The translations under genes were made by a program, and so were the position numbers. Below are positions 47,001 through 58,609 of a stretch of 64,000 nt of DNA, in pieces. This stretch comes from Oopsacas minuta (taxonomy: Eukaryota > Animalia > Porifera): NCBI GenBank assembly GCA_024704765.1, contig JAKMXF010000343.1, forward strand, positions 372,001-436,000, read 5' to 3'. Position 1 is the first letter of the stretch. Every line of letters begins with the position of its first letter. The notes below the pieces were generated by a model that was given only the letters and a program-made list of their open reading frames with translations, was not told the DNA's origin and searched no databases.

Positions 47001-50000
47001 CTCCAAAGAGATGCAGAAAAATTCAAGCGTATTTCCTCAGTCAGATTAGCAGGCTCATATCCCTGTATAACTGTCTCATGTAAACCTAGTGCTAAAGCCC
47101 ACATGGAATCGTGCATATAAGGACCAAAAGTATTCCAAACTTCTGTCACTACTGTAAAATTATGCAGACCGTAATCCTCTACAATTTGATGGGGACTAAC
47201 CCGGAAATTGTCTTGTGGTTGAAACTGAGAAAATCCTTAATTCTTGGGTACTGTGTGAACCCAATTGAACCGGATACGAGCTCAAGGAGGTCTGATTTTG
47301 AACAGGTCCCATTTATCCAATAAATATCGAAACTATCAATATACAGATACGATCCTGGGAGGATAAATGTATATTCTCTGAAGTTCAAACTCCTATTCGC
47401 TATACGACAAAAGAAATCTGAAGCAGTCCAATGATACGTGTTGAAAATAACAATCCGATAATTCTCCGATTGAATGGCATCAATGATGTCATCTAGCTGT
47501 TCGTAATACTCTCTATATGTAATCGGGATTGATACAGTTTCGGCTGTATTTTCAATACCCAATTTGTATAACGTTTTCTGCAGTTCATAGCCTAAGTGTG
47601 TGAAGTATTCAGATTCGAAATTAACGATAGCAACACGTCTCCATTGGTGATCTGTAATGAATTTAAGTTGAGCGGATATTACATTCAAACTATTGGGAAA
47701 CCCGTTTACAACGAAAGTGGGTGTGGATGAATAGTAAAGTGCGTAGAAATCGGGTGAATACGAACTGAAAGTCATCATCGTAGTGTTATACACAGATAGA
47801 ATATCAGCGATGGCAGATGTGGGTGCTAAACATGGCAAACCGAATAAACTCACAAATGTAATATTGTCCTGCTGCATGAAATCAGTGAAAGACTTAAAAG
47901 CTATTGGAGTTTCACAACTAGTATCTCTCCATTTAATAATAAGATTGTAATCAGGGAGGATATTGGGATCAGCGTTAATCTCTCTTACAGCAAGTTCTGT
48001 AATAGCGATTGAGCTGTTAAGTATAGGGGAATAGACCAGCGATATAAATATCCTTCTTACAAACGGTTAATACGAGCAGGGAGAATAATATTGGTAGAAA
48101 TAATAGTATTCTATGATCCATGTTTCAAAAGATGCCAATTATGCTGAATGGTAACCATGAGGGTATTTATACACACGGATTGATTTCAAGAATGTTGTGT
48201 GTACTAAGGCCATATAATTTAATATACTTGTTTCTCATCCCCGCCCGTCCCAAATTTTGTCCCCCTTCTGGAAAGATTTATTTGTATTTTTCCGAATTTA
48301 TGCATAATTCTTTGCTCACAGTGCAATCCACATTTTACTACCTGTGTAGTTAAAAATTCAATATTTTTAAACCAGAAAGAATGTGATTAGATAATCATAA
48401 GATGATTTTATTTCACATATTAATTAGCCTATAAAAAATACAAATAAAATACCGTCCGCCGTCCCAGTTTCTGAAGAAATTCCGGATGAGAAACAAGTAA
48501 TTAATTTTACATGGTCTAAATGAAGGATTGTAAACACGGGAAGTAGATGTAATCTGATAAATATATATAGATGACATAACCGAAGGATAAGCTAGCTTTA
48601 TGACACAATAATGGTCAATTAGCTGTTTTCAAAAATTGAATTTTATTACCCGAACGCATGTAATAAGTAATACTGTGTAGCAGTGTTTCTAACTTCATGA
48701 AACTGAGCACACTTATTGAATCCACACCAGTCAAAAGTTGTATAAACTGTTGTGTTAAATGTTCCTATAAGTATACTGTATCCGGGTATGCGTATAATAT
48801 ATGTAAATAAGGGCATTAAGGGAGTAGCTATAGCTCTTCTTAACTTTTAGCACTTTCACACCCAAAGTGGCAGAAATTAAGCGCCTGAGGGCATTTCAAA
48901 CAAATGTATTTACGACAGTGACTTTTTGAGGCACAACAGGTGTAAACCACTACAAAGTAGAGCATAAAATTTCAAGGTGGCAGCCGAATAGTTCAATATT
49001 CGGTTGGATACCGTAACTCTATTAGGAGATAAATCATGGAAATTGGACTGTCGGCGATCTGCTATTCGAGTGGGACTAAATACTATATATTTAATCTAAT
49101 GTATAATACGATACATAATTCAACCTTACAATACCACGTACGTCATCAATTCAAGGAAAATATTTGGTAATTCTAGTTCTGTTAGAATTCTTAGCATAAA
49201 GTCTATCAAGTTGATCAGCTGAATACATTACTGTATAATTCTTGAGGCGAGCTGATTCCTTGATATCTTTAACTTTATCGTTTTCATAGGCTCTTAATTT
49301 AGCCTTTGATTTCGCATTCATACGCGTTTCATCGAACATTTCGCGGGCTGATTTCCCCTTCGGACGCTCAGCTATCATTTTCGAAATATCCCTCATGGGC
49401 TTGAGGCCGAAATATGGAGAAATCTTATTTGAAGTAACAGTCAATGAAACTACAGTAGTGAAGATATTAGAAGTAAACCAGTATAGAGTGAGAGCTGCAG
49501 GGAACTTCATTGTAATAGGAAATATAAGCAAAGACATGCCAACTATCCCATACTTTAGTAGAGCATTTGTTGCCATGGCATTTCTCATCTCACTAACTTG
49601 CATACTTATAAACATTGTTATCGAGGTAGATAGAGGTAGTATGAAGAAAGGATCTGGTATTAGCAAGTTGGGGAACCATAATATTCCGCCTGTTGCTAAA
49701 CTTTCTACTGGAGCATTGTACATACCACGAATTCCTAGAAAGAATGATATGAAAAATGGTGTTTGTACTAAAACGTTGATGAATTGACTCATGGGTGTGA
49801 TATTATGCTTTTTCAATAAAGCGAAGTATTTCATTGTGTATTTTTCCGCTTCAAAAGTGTCTCCTCGCACATTCGCGCGTCTAGCTTTATCCATTAGCTC
49901 AGTTAACTCAGGTTGTACCATAGTTGTTCTCTGGGCAGATCGCATACTCCGAATTGTGAATGGGAATAATGTTGTTCGTAGTACAAGAGTTGTGCATACG

Positions 50001-53000
50001 ATACACGCCCACCAAGGGAGACCGGCATTAGTATGCAGAGCATCTAGGATTGTCTGTACAATACCTGGAGGGGTGTACCCACCTAGTCCTAGACTCGCAA
50101 AATCTGTCGCCTCTGCAATTCCCTGAATAGCTTCTTCATTTTCAAAATAATCAATTGTAGTAGGAGTATCATTTGAATCTGTACTAGCTAATCTATATGA
50201 TAGTCCATACGGTCTCAATAATGGAATAATATTGTTCTTAGGCGAATCAATAGGAAGACCTAGTGAATGATAGTTTCGCGATATATGGCGAGGTTGTGTA
50301 GCGTTGAGGGATCTAATTATTACTCGTTGAATATGCATAATTGGTAATACTTTTGATACGAAACCGGGATAGTAGAGAGAGTTTGTATATATTCAAAGTG
50401 CTAATTTATGGGCTATTATTAAAATTGGAAACTCTGGAATTTCGAGTTATGTTTGGATGTTCATGTTTTCATCAGGGTTTGCTTGACAAAATCGAAAATA
50501 TTTGAGTTAGAGCACCAATATTATTACTAGGAAGCTGAATGATAAAATACAATGGAACCGCGTTAATAGAAGTTCCAATAAAGAGAAAATATTCTTTTTT
50601 TAACGAGTTTCTACTGTGTGCAGTATATAATAAACAAAATATCAGCCACAAAATTATAGAATTTTGCGTAATATCACACACAACAATTTCTAACAAACCT
50701 TTCTGCTGTTAGCTAGATTAGTAGCACGGCTCTGTTCGTGAGGAGCATTCTCATGTATTCTGTTCTGTAGTTTCTTCTCGTCTTCATTGACTCCCAGTTG
50801 CTCTTTATGGAATGTTTGCTTACTGAGGCCAGTGTGTATCATTTTTGTGGGGATAGGGTTATCTGTAAGGAATATAATAAATATTAATAAATAAGATGGA
50901 AGTCAAACATCTCGTTACATAAATATATATATAAAGATAAAGCCCATTACATTTCAAAACCCCAAAGTGCTCTCAAAGACCAAATAAGAAAATCTCAAAT
51001 AAATGTGGAATAATATCATAATGGAAGAATAATGTATTTGGTACAGTTAAGCTAACTTGTAAGAGCTTTTGAATTACTACTATGGACATATGCATCTGAA
51101 TAGGGGAAGGGCCTATGAGGTTTGCCTCGTCCCCACTTTTTCATGAGCTTACGCTACCCATAAATAGAAAGAACTCGTCCATATAAAATGAATGAAAATT
51201 GTGTATACAGTAAGCTCATATTATTATCTTAATACAGCTAAATATAGCATGACACCAATAATGTACTCACGTTGTGGAACAGTACTAGTGTCCATATAAG
51301 GATTTCTAACTGTAATTTCTTCATTCTTCTTAGAACCACCAGACCTTGAACTCTCAAGTTGAGCATTATAGTCATTAACTCGCTTAATTAGCATATCCAC
51401 TACACCCCGTATTATACTCTCACTACCGAATTCTCCTGGGTAATACTCGTTAACTATCTTTCCTGCTATATCATAAGCATTGGAGTTAAGATTAGGATCA
51501 CTATCATCTTGAAACCAGGCTACTTTTGTGTCAACTTGTCTCTGATTGAACTCCAGACGTATAGGGATTCTGTAGATAAGATTTAGTGGTCAAATAATTG
51601 ACATGAAAAGATCAAAATTATCAATTCAGTAATGTTAGATATTTCGTTCTCCTCGAGGAAAAATTTCCTTGACAACACTCGAATTTAAGTATAATGTGTA
51701 AATGTATTTCGCTGAGCATTTCATGAAGTGATTTTCCGAATTCCAGTTGGTTATGTCGAAGTAATTATCGCGGTCCTTGAGGTTCGATATAACGAGAGTT
51801 GACTGTAATACAATAATTATCACAAATGTATAACTCACTCTAAAGGAACATTATCATACTCGTTCCCATCCCAGAAGTGTTTGAATCCACAGGCACAATT
51901 AGACCCCTGAGAGGGTGTAGTAGTCCTGTCTCCGTTCTGATAGATAGGAGATCCGTCTGAGCTAACCAATCGACATGGAGAGTTTATAGGACAAACTTCA
52001 CAAGACACTATTGTATTGATAGCTGCTGATGTGTCAATAAATCTGAATTGAAGAAATATGGTTAAAGAGATTATACAATGTTATGGAATGATGTAAGGGG
52101 AGAGAGATGGCCAGGATTTGTGAGTAAAAGTGACTTAAGAGTGAAGAGATATTTTCAGAGTTATACAGTGTTACCTTGTTAATACGAACACCAACGGAAG
52201 TTCAAATTTGTTCGCTTTATCCAGAGTTCGCCATACTAATAGTAGTAATAGCAATTGAATAACACCAGATTATGAAAAGAAATACCCCCAATCGCATTCT
52301 TATGTCTTGTCGAGCTGAAACGTAATAGATAGTATAGGTGATATTGTATAAAAACTTGATAACGAATTTGCCACTATTTAAGATTTTAGCATTGTATCAA
52401 CCCAGTACTAGTGATGAAAATTTCCCGTACATGTCTCCCTCGGCTCTAACACTAAACAATTACAAGCTACTATAGCAGTTATTCACACCTTTTGAGCAGA
52501 TCAGCTGTTTTATTGTTATCATCTGATACGTTAAGAGATCTGCAGTTTAGACAGCGAAATAGTTTTCCTTCTCCTATGAGTTGTCTAGTAGATTCTATCA
52601 TTCTTTTCTGGTCATTTGTTGTTGTTCCGAAGAACATGTGACGTTTCATACAGGAATTGAATTCTGATACCAAACCTGCGTGGAAAATGAAGAAATAAAT
52701 AATGGAGGAGACTAATAGACAATTAATTTGGCTTCAGTAATTGTATACAATAGAGTTTTATCAACGTATTTTGTATGAATTAATTTCCTTTGCTAATACG
52801 TAAGTTGTTGAAATAGCCGTTTTCAAAATAAATGAAGCAATTGGTAAATATATGAATAACTAACCAGTAGATACACTATACTTCTGAGAGAACAATCTCT
52901 CCATAGCAGTGAAGAGCTTCTGAAGAGTTCCATCAGGCATACACTTCTTACCTCCAATAACACAAACAGGACCATCGAATTGTATGTACTTGTCTAGGAG

Positions 53001-55713
53001 TCCCTGATCTACTCCCCATACCTTAGGCAGGAGGTCTCGTGATATTATTGGTAGAGGACGGTTCTTAATGCCCACAAGTGGGACGAAGTGATTGTGGGCA
53101 CTGAAGGAGGATAATTAATAAATTCTATGAATATAACAAAATTGTGACTATCACATTGTGAACAAGCAATGGGTATATTGCCTGTTGCATAGAGTTGTAG
53201 CTTATGCAATATCCTCACTATTTGTTTAAATATACTAGCAAATAATTTTGAGATTTTCATCCGGATATCACATAATTTCTGTGTCGTTATTGAAAATGCA
53301 GCGAATGTGAGTAAATTTGCAATTACGTTAAGATTGTCTCTAATATGATTATTAGTTATTTAACCATGGATGGTGGATTTAGTTTCCTTTATGTTATATA
53401 CAAATCTCCCCATTCAACCAAGAGAGGAGTGTCTCAAAACGACCTCCATGCAGATGAACTCCACCATCCATGGTTCAATAACTAATAAGCATATTGGGAC
53501 CATTTTGTCATAACCAACGTAACAAGAAATTCATAAAACCAATCCCTGGTTCTAACCTGCTATTCCAAGCAATAACAATAGGCTTATTCATCTCCCCAGT
53601 AGTATCAGTACAAGCTACTGGATCAACAAAAACAGGAAGAAATGTAGCAGCATAATCTCCTGCATTAATTATATGTGTTAGCTTATCCAATAGGATTATA
53701 GGACGTCTCAGGATATTAGATAGAGCGAATATATGAATATTTCTTAGTCCGGAGGTCTGATCGTCTGGAGGTGTGTAGTCAGGTTGTGACTCCCTTATGA
53801 TAGTTTCCCATTCATGTTCGTCTTCCACCATAAAATCTCTAGATAAGATAGCATATGTGAGTATTCGTAGGATTTATTTGTTCCCTTGAGGGTTCACAAT
53901 AACGATCCTACTATATATGAATACGTGTGTATATAATGACGTCACAATATAACATACTTGAGAGCTGCCTTATACATCTCTAATCTGGTGTGTAGATGAT
54001 TAACGAGATTAAGTCTCAGAGGATGCCAGAACATTTCTCTTCCCATCAAACACTTACTAACTGCATGTACTAAACAATGCCCATCACCATCTGCATGTAG
54101 CGGTACTAATCTCTCCTCTCCTTCATTTACCTCTTGGAGTATTTGTAGCGTGTCTTTAAGGTATAAATTGCCATGAGGGTCTCTCCCGTAACCTAGGGGA
54201 TAATTATATATATACAGTTAATGTCGGTTATAAGAACATAGCGGAAACTGGACAAAATGTTCTTATAACCGGCATAAATATACAGGAATATATGAGAACC
54301 GTTTTCTGAAGATGGTTCTTATAACCAGCATGGAATGTTCTTATAACCAGCATGGAATGTTCTTATATCCGGTAGAAATTCAATGGAGTAAGATACCAAG
54401 ACTCGGTAAATCGAGTTATGGTTCTTATAACAGGCATACTCTTATAACTGGTGTTCTTATATTCGGCATCTACTATATATGCGTTTGAGCATGACGTCAT
54501 AATTCTGATTTGTCTCATTTTTGCAGTGCACATTTCTACACATTTCTAACTAATATCTCCAATCTCAAATTAGAGCAGCCGGTAGACATATTAGGTAAAG
54601 ACAATCGTATGCCTACCACTAATTCCTAAATGATCCTTCTCAATAAGGAAAGCTCTGCTAGAGAATATCTTAGCACAATCTAGGAAATCTGATTGATCCA
54701 CTACTCTATCCTTCCCCAGGAGTTCTGCCTGTCCTCCTCTATTCATACCGTAGTGAGACAGGAGAGGAGATATTAACACGCATTGGAAGTTACTTATTCC
54801 GTTAACTTTAATTAGTTCTATTGGTTTCTGTGCAAGGAGCTTGGAACGCATTGCCTAGTAGGAAGTAGAATAGTCAAACTTAACTGACGTTATATCGATA
54901 CTCAAGGGACTATCGGGTGTGGTTTATTATAAGGGTAAGGAAGAATCATTTGTGACTATTTCGCTATTTTGATTATGAAATCAGAGTTCATTCTAACAGG
55001 AGTTGACTCATATTATGATGATTTAAAATTACTTTAGTAAGTATTACTACTATCTGAGTGTATGTCTTATCCGATTATAGGATTGTGTTATAATGAATTT
55101 GCCCTTAGGCCATAGGATTCTGCATAATTCGTTACCACTATATGTCTGTTAAGAGAAAGTCGCTACCCAATATTTAGAAATTTGGCTAATTGGTTTACTT
55201 TATTCATACGTCAACAATAAATTTACATACGAGAAACTTTAAAATGCGTATAGTCGGCAATGTAAAAAGTATTGTGGGCGCATCTGTAACACTCTGGGTT
55301 ATAATTGAAATATACAATTTTAATATAAATTAATTTTGTGGAGAAACACAAGTAAGGTTACGTCACCAACAAAGATAACCTGTATTGGGATAGTCTATAT
55401 TTTTAGAACGAGAAAATAATAAAAGTCAGATTCGAACATGACAGCATGACGTAACCTAGCACAAATATTATAAATTACATAATCATGCCCATATTTATTA
55501 ACAAAATATACAACTCACTCTAAAAGCGTTATTGGAGTCTAGATCCTCTATATTCAATAGGTTCTTAGACAGATGTCTCTGTCCACAAGCAACACACTGT
55601 ACCTGATAATCAGTACTAGTGAATACTATGCTAGATTTACACTGAGAGTCTGGACATATACCAGATCTGTATGTTTCATTACCTCGTAGATAGCTATTGA
55701 GAATTGGCAGCAT
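41089..55713 (-). CDS. VCPIP1: Deubiquitinase VCPIP1/VCIP135 (OTU plus UBX-like), about 14 exons
   Basis: Exons give SGICPDSQC..CVACGQRH, OTU DGDGHCLVHAVS (catalytic Cys), LRNIHIFALSNILRRPIILL, HNHFVPLVG (His), CACGFKHFWDGNEYDNVP, YPGEFGSE, UBX-like KMGFPPRP joined in phase to VSSGDSIVVE, and FVGAGTRLG. Confidence 0.88.
42844..42957. mobile_element. piggyBac-like MITE flanked by TTAA
   Basis: TTAA|CCGAATAT..GTAATCGG|TTAA; inverted homolog at 11569-11695 (TTGACGTCATAAAATCACACAT shared). Confidence 0.72.
43160..44343 (+). pseudogene. NHL-repeat beta-propeller gene with coiled-coil N-terminus, 5'-disrupted; nested antisense in VCPIP1 intron 42510-44875
   Basis: ATG at 43160, in-frame TAA at 43304-43306 and a frameshift near 43390-43402. 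The downstream frame (PDYKAKQLPTAYCCKK..GPRGIAV..YVCDSNNNRVQIL..YPFGIVLD) runs to TGA 44343, with an apparently shortened repeat (SHC-SVGSKG). Confidence 0.75.
44659..44812. mobile_element. hAT-like MITE (TIR CAG.G.TTCCCAACC); fragments at about 6730-6765, 14200-14282 and 31981-32055
   Basis: CACTAAAT|CAGTGGTTCCAACCT..AGGTTGGGAAAAGCTG|TATTAAAT (TSD 6/8); GGAC.ACCAAGGGGTCCA core shared among copies. Confidence 0.72.
45739..48121 (-). pseudogene. Intronless class C (GABA-B-like) GPCR with four frameshifts; nested same-strand in VCPIP1 intron 45158-50698
   Basis: Signal peptide, DIYIAGLFP, INADPNILPDYNL..DTSC, Venus-flytrap region, 7TM (AKSLKLY, CVFLAYHLRNV) and C-terminal coiled coil. The frame switches near 48025, 47195, 46620 and 45940. 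Confidence 0.78.
49151..50338 (-). CDS. OXA1L: Mitochondrial inner membrane insertase OXA1L (YidC/Oxa1), single exon, nested same-strand in a VCPIP1 intron
   Basis: Presequence-like basic N-terminus; GLPWWACIVCTTLVLRTTLFP, QTPFFISFFLGIRGM, GGILWFPNLLIPDPFFILP, LYWFTSN; basic ribosome-binding tail. Confidence 0.93.
   Translation of the reverse strand: MHIQRVIIRSLNATQPRHISRNYHSLGLPIDSPKNNIIPLLRPYGLSYRLASTDSNDTPTTIDYFENEEAIQGIAEATDFASLGLGGYTPPGIVQTILDALHTNAGLPWWACIVCTTLVLRTTLFPFTIRSMRSAQRTTMVQPELTELMDKARRANVRGDTFEAEKYTMKYFALLKKHNITPMSQFINVLVQTPFFISFFLGIRGMYNAPVESLATGGILWFPNLLIPDPFFILPLSTSITMFISMQVSEMRNAMATNALLKYGIVGMSLLIFPITMKFPAALTLYWFTSNIFTTVVSLTVTSNKISPYFGLKPMRDISKMIAERPKGKSAREMFDETRMNAKSKAKLRAYENDKVKDIKESARLKNYTVMYSADQLDRLYAKNSNRTRITKYFP
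53349..53488. mobile_element. MITE with 32-bp TIR in a VCPIP1 intron
   Basis: TTATTAGTTATTTAACCATGGATGGTGGATTT versus the reverse complement of AACTCCACCATCCATGGTTCAATAACTAATAA, 30 of 32 identical. Confidence 0.75.
54215..54475. mobile_element. MITE family C copy in a VCPIP1 intron, with an internal 22-bp tandem duplication
   Basis: TA|CAGTTAATGTCGGTTATAAGAAC..GTTCTTATATTCGGCATCTACT; GTTCTTATAACCAGCATGGAAT occurs twice in tandem. Confidence 0.75.
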
Positions 55714-55943
55714 TTTACTGTGTAAGAGATTGCTAAAGTTTATAAGAAAATTGTTAAGTGTAGATACTACATAGCAGGAAAATATAAATTAGAGAATCAG
55801 AGAAAAATAGAATAGTATGAGGGAAGGGTTAGATTAACATAAAGTCACAAGGTTGTAAGAACCAATAATTGAGGATTTCTTCTATTATAAATGGTCAGAT
55901 GTGATGAATGCCGGTCCAATCCTTTTTCGCTTCTGACATCCGT

Positions 55944-56120
55944 GAGTCAACTCCCGTTATATCTAACACTGATATATCGAAGTCTGAAATTGTACAAATA
56001 TGGTCCCAAACCAGTCCCAAAAGCATCAAAGTAACATAATTCCATCGATTATAACGAACTCCGCTTATATCTAAGTAATTATCGCGGTCCCTTGAGATTC
56101 GATATAACAGGAGTTGACTG
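55944..56120 (-). mobile_element. MITE family A, inverted copy upstream of VCPIP1
   Basis: GAGTCAACTCCCGTTATATC..TTATCGCGGTCCCTTGAG..GATATAACAGGAGTTGACTG. Confidence 0.8.
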
Positions 56121-58147
56121 TGTTAGTATGGCCTGCAGAAAAGTGTGAAATTTGGTCAAAACGTGAATAATTATAAATAAATTTACATACGTGAAATAGT
56201 AATTGCCTTTTATGAGAGTATAGAATCATACAAAATAAGTTCAGATTCCTAAGAATTAGCTCTACTTTTGTATATTAATAGAAATAGGCCACTAGCATAA
56301 CCTGAATTCCTGGTCGTGAAAATTAAACTATCCCTTAAAGAAAATAGCTAATAATAAACTTTTGAGCTAATTATATATTTGATTATTAATCTAGTAGATA
56401 AACTATGGATCTAGAAAGATTTCTCGAACAGTTTTGGAAGAACTACTCAGATTGGCAGTTATGAATTTCCTAAAATTTTCAGGCTATGAGAGTAATTGTT
56501 AAACTTTTGCCAGTAATTGTAGAATTATGAATACGCACTAACAGAATATTACTCATTTACATATATTTGTGTATTAAGAATTATGTTATGCAATATAATA
56601 GCTACCCACAAATGTAAATTGTTCAATTCGGTAGTTTACCTTACAACAAATCTTACGAATAGATAATTTGAATATTAAACAGCAATATTTAGTAGTAATT
56701 TTCGCAGAAAATTATGAAACAAAAAAATTAGTAATTGGCTAGATAATTAGATATAGAGAAAGGAAGCAAGTTTGTATATTATCATAATTCCATACTCTAG
56801 TTAGTTTTGTAAGTTATATTTCAGTACAGTCCTACCCGGTTACCATAGGCGCTAATTTTGGGTCCCTGGAGTGGATACTATACCGTCTCTATCAAGTATA
56901 TCGTAAGTCTATTTTCGGAAAGTTTTGCAAAAAATGTAAATTAGTGTATTTACAAATGTACTGCCACTCAATCGCATTAATTAATGTATTCGAAACGCTA
57001 GGCTCCAATTCACGTCAAATAAAAGGTAAAATCTCGAGTACTATTTCACATGTACATTAGATAAAAAGTTTTAGGCATAAGACCACCCGTGAACGGACCA
57101 ATATCCTGACTGTCCTACTCTAAATACGAATATGAAATGAGAATAAGACAATACATCATATACAAGTTACTCGGCATACTACTTTAGCAGTAGTAAACTA
57201 GTAATTATCATGTCCGATATATGGAGGTCATAAAAAATCGAGAACTCTGATTAATTGGTACAAATTGTCTGGATTCAACGTTCCTATCATGTAGGTTCAA
57301 TTATTGATAAATAATTTCTTAGAATAATAGACTTTAAAAATTTTGAAAAATATGATTATATATACCAGTAGAACCTCGTTAATACGAACACCAACGAATG
57401 GACTGTCAATATTTGTTTGTTTTATCCAGAAATCATATTAACCGTGATAGTAATAACGATTTTTTACAGTAACGAACTTAACTAGTAACGTAAAGTAGTA
57501 AAGTAGTAGAAATGATGAAATAACAATATTATAATATGTAAGAATTGAGATTATTAAATACAACAATAATCTTTCAAGGGGATAAAATTGTAATTCCCTG
57601 GGGAGGAAATATCTCACTCCCTTTCCATCTAAATTAGAGAATTAAGCCTTCTCCATAATTTAATCCACAAATAGAGAGTGTGTGTGTGTGTGTCAGATAT
57701 TACAATGTTGAATTTTGATCAATAAAGAATTAGTAAGATTTCTCAGCTGATAATAGAAGGCATTATATTCCCAATCAGCTAGTCAGAATATGTATATAGG
57801 GAAATACAGATTTACATAAGTTAGCCTTAGAGGGTTACTTGTAATAGCAGTAGAGATGACAAAATGTTAATTTGTTGTGCTATTCCAATTCTGCGGTTAA
57901 GATCAGCTTCTCTACGCCTTCTCTATCGAAGTGTGAGAATTATCTTCTCCAATACACCAATTAGCCAGGTAGTTAGTCATTGTCTAGTGACTATAAATCT
58001 AATTAAAGATATAATGTCATAAATCTGAATCACAAATACTAAGTATTACATCAGCTATAAAGAACATATAGACCATGACCTACGTTAAGACTACTGTGAA
58101 ATTGTGGATAATAGATTTACTTAGACTCTTAGAGCATATACTAAATA

Positions 58148-58290
58148 CTAAGTTGATTAATTCATTGAAAAGTCGTCAAGAATAGTGAATAATTAATTAT
58201 TCCCTAGTTTAAAAGTGGATAATTCTTTTTCGAATAATTCATGAATTATTCATTATTCTTGACGATTTTTCAATGAATTAGTCAACTTAG
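58148..58290. repeat. Inverted repeat or fold-back with about 47-bp arms
   Basis: CTAAGTTGATTAATTCATTGAAAAGTCGTCAAGAATAGTGAATAATT pairs with 58244-58290 at roughly 90% identity. Confidence 0.8.
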
Positions 58291-58609
58291 CTAAAATATC
58301 CCTAGAGATTACAAGGTCCGTTATATCCAAATAAGGGATACAGTGGATAGTGCTATAAGAGCACTTGATATAAGGACAAAGTTACTATCTCTGGAAAACG
58401 ATTCTCTCTGATAAAGTAAAGTATAGAAGAATATAATAACTCAGAGACATATGCAGAATTCAGATCATATAAAACAATAACCACACAAATAATCCTGCAG
58501 ATACATATACTGGCAATATAAATATTGTAAATCGTATCCAATCAAGAAAATTGATCCAATCAAAACACCATAGGCGTATACGTCAACATATACATGCACA
58601 AAGTTACAA

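Noticed and set aside
44838-57692. Short microsatellites: (CA)n near 44840 and (TG)n near 57680
   Set aside because: Ordinary short repeats with no functional evidence.
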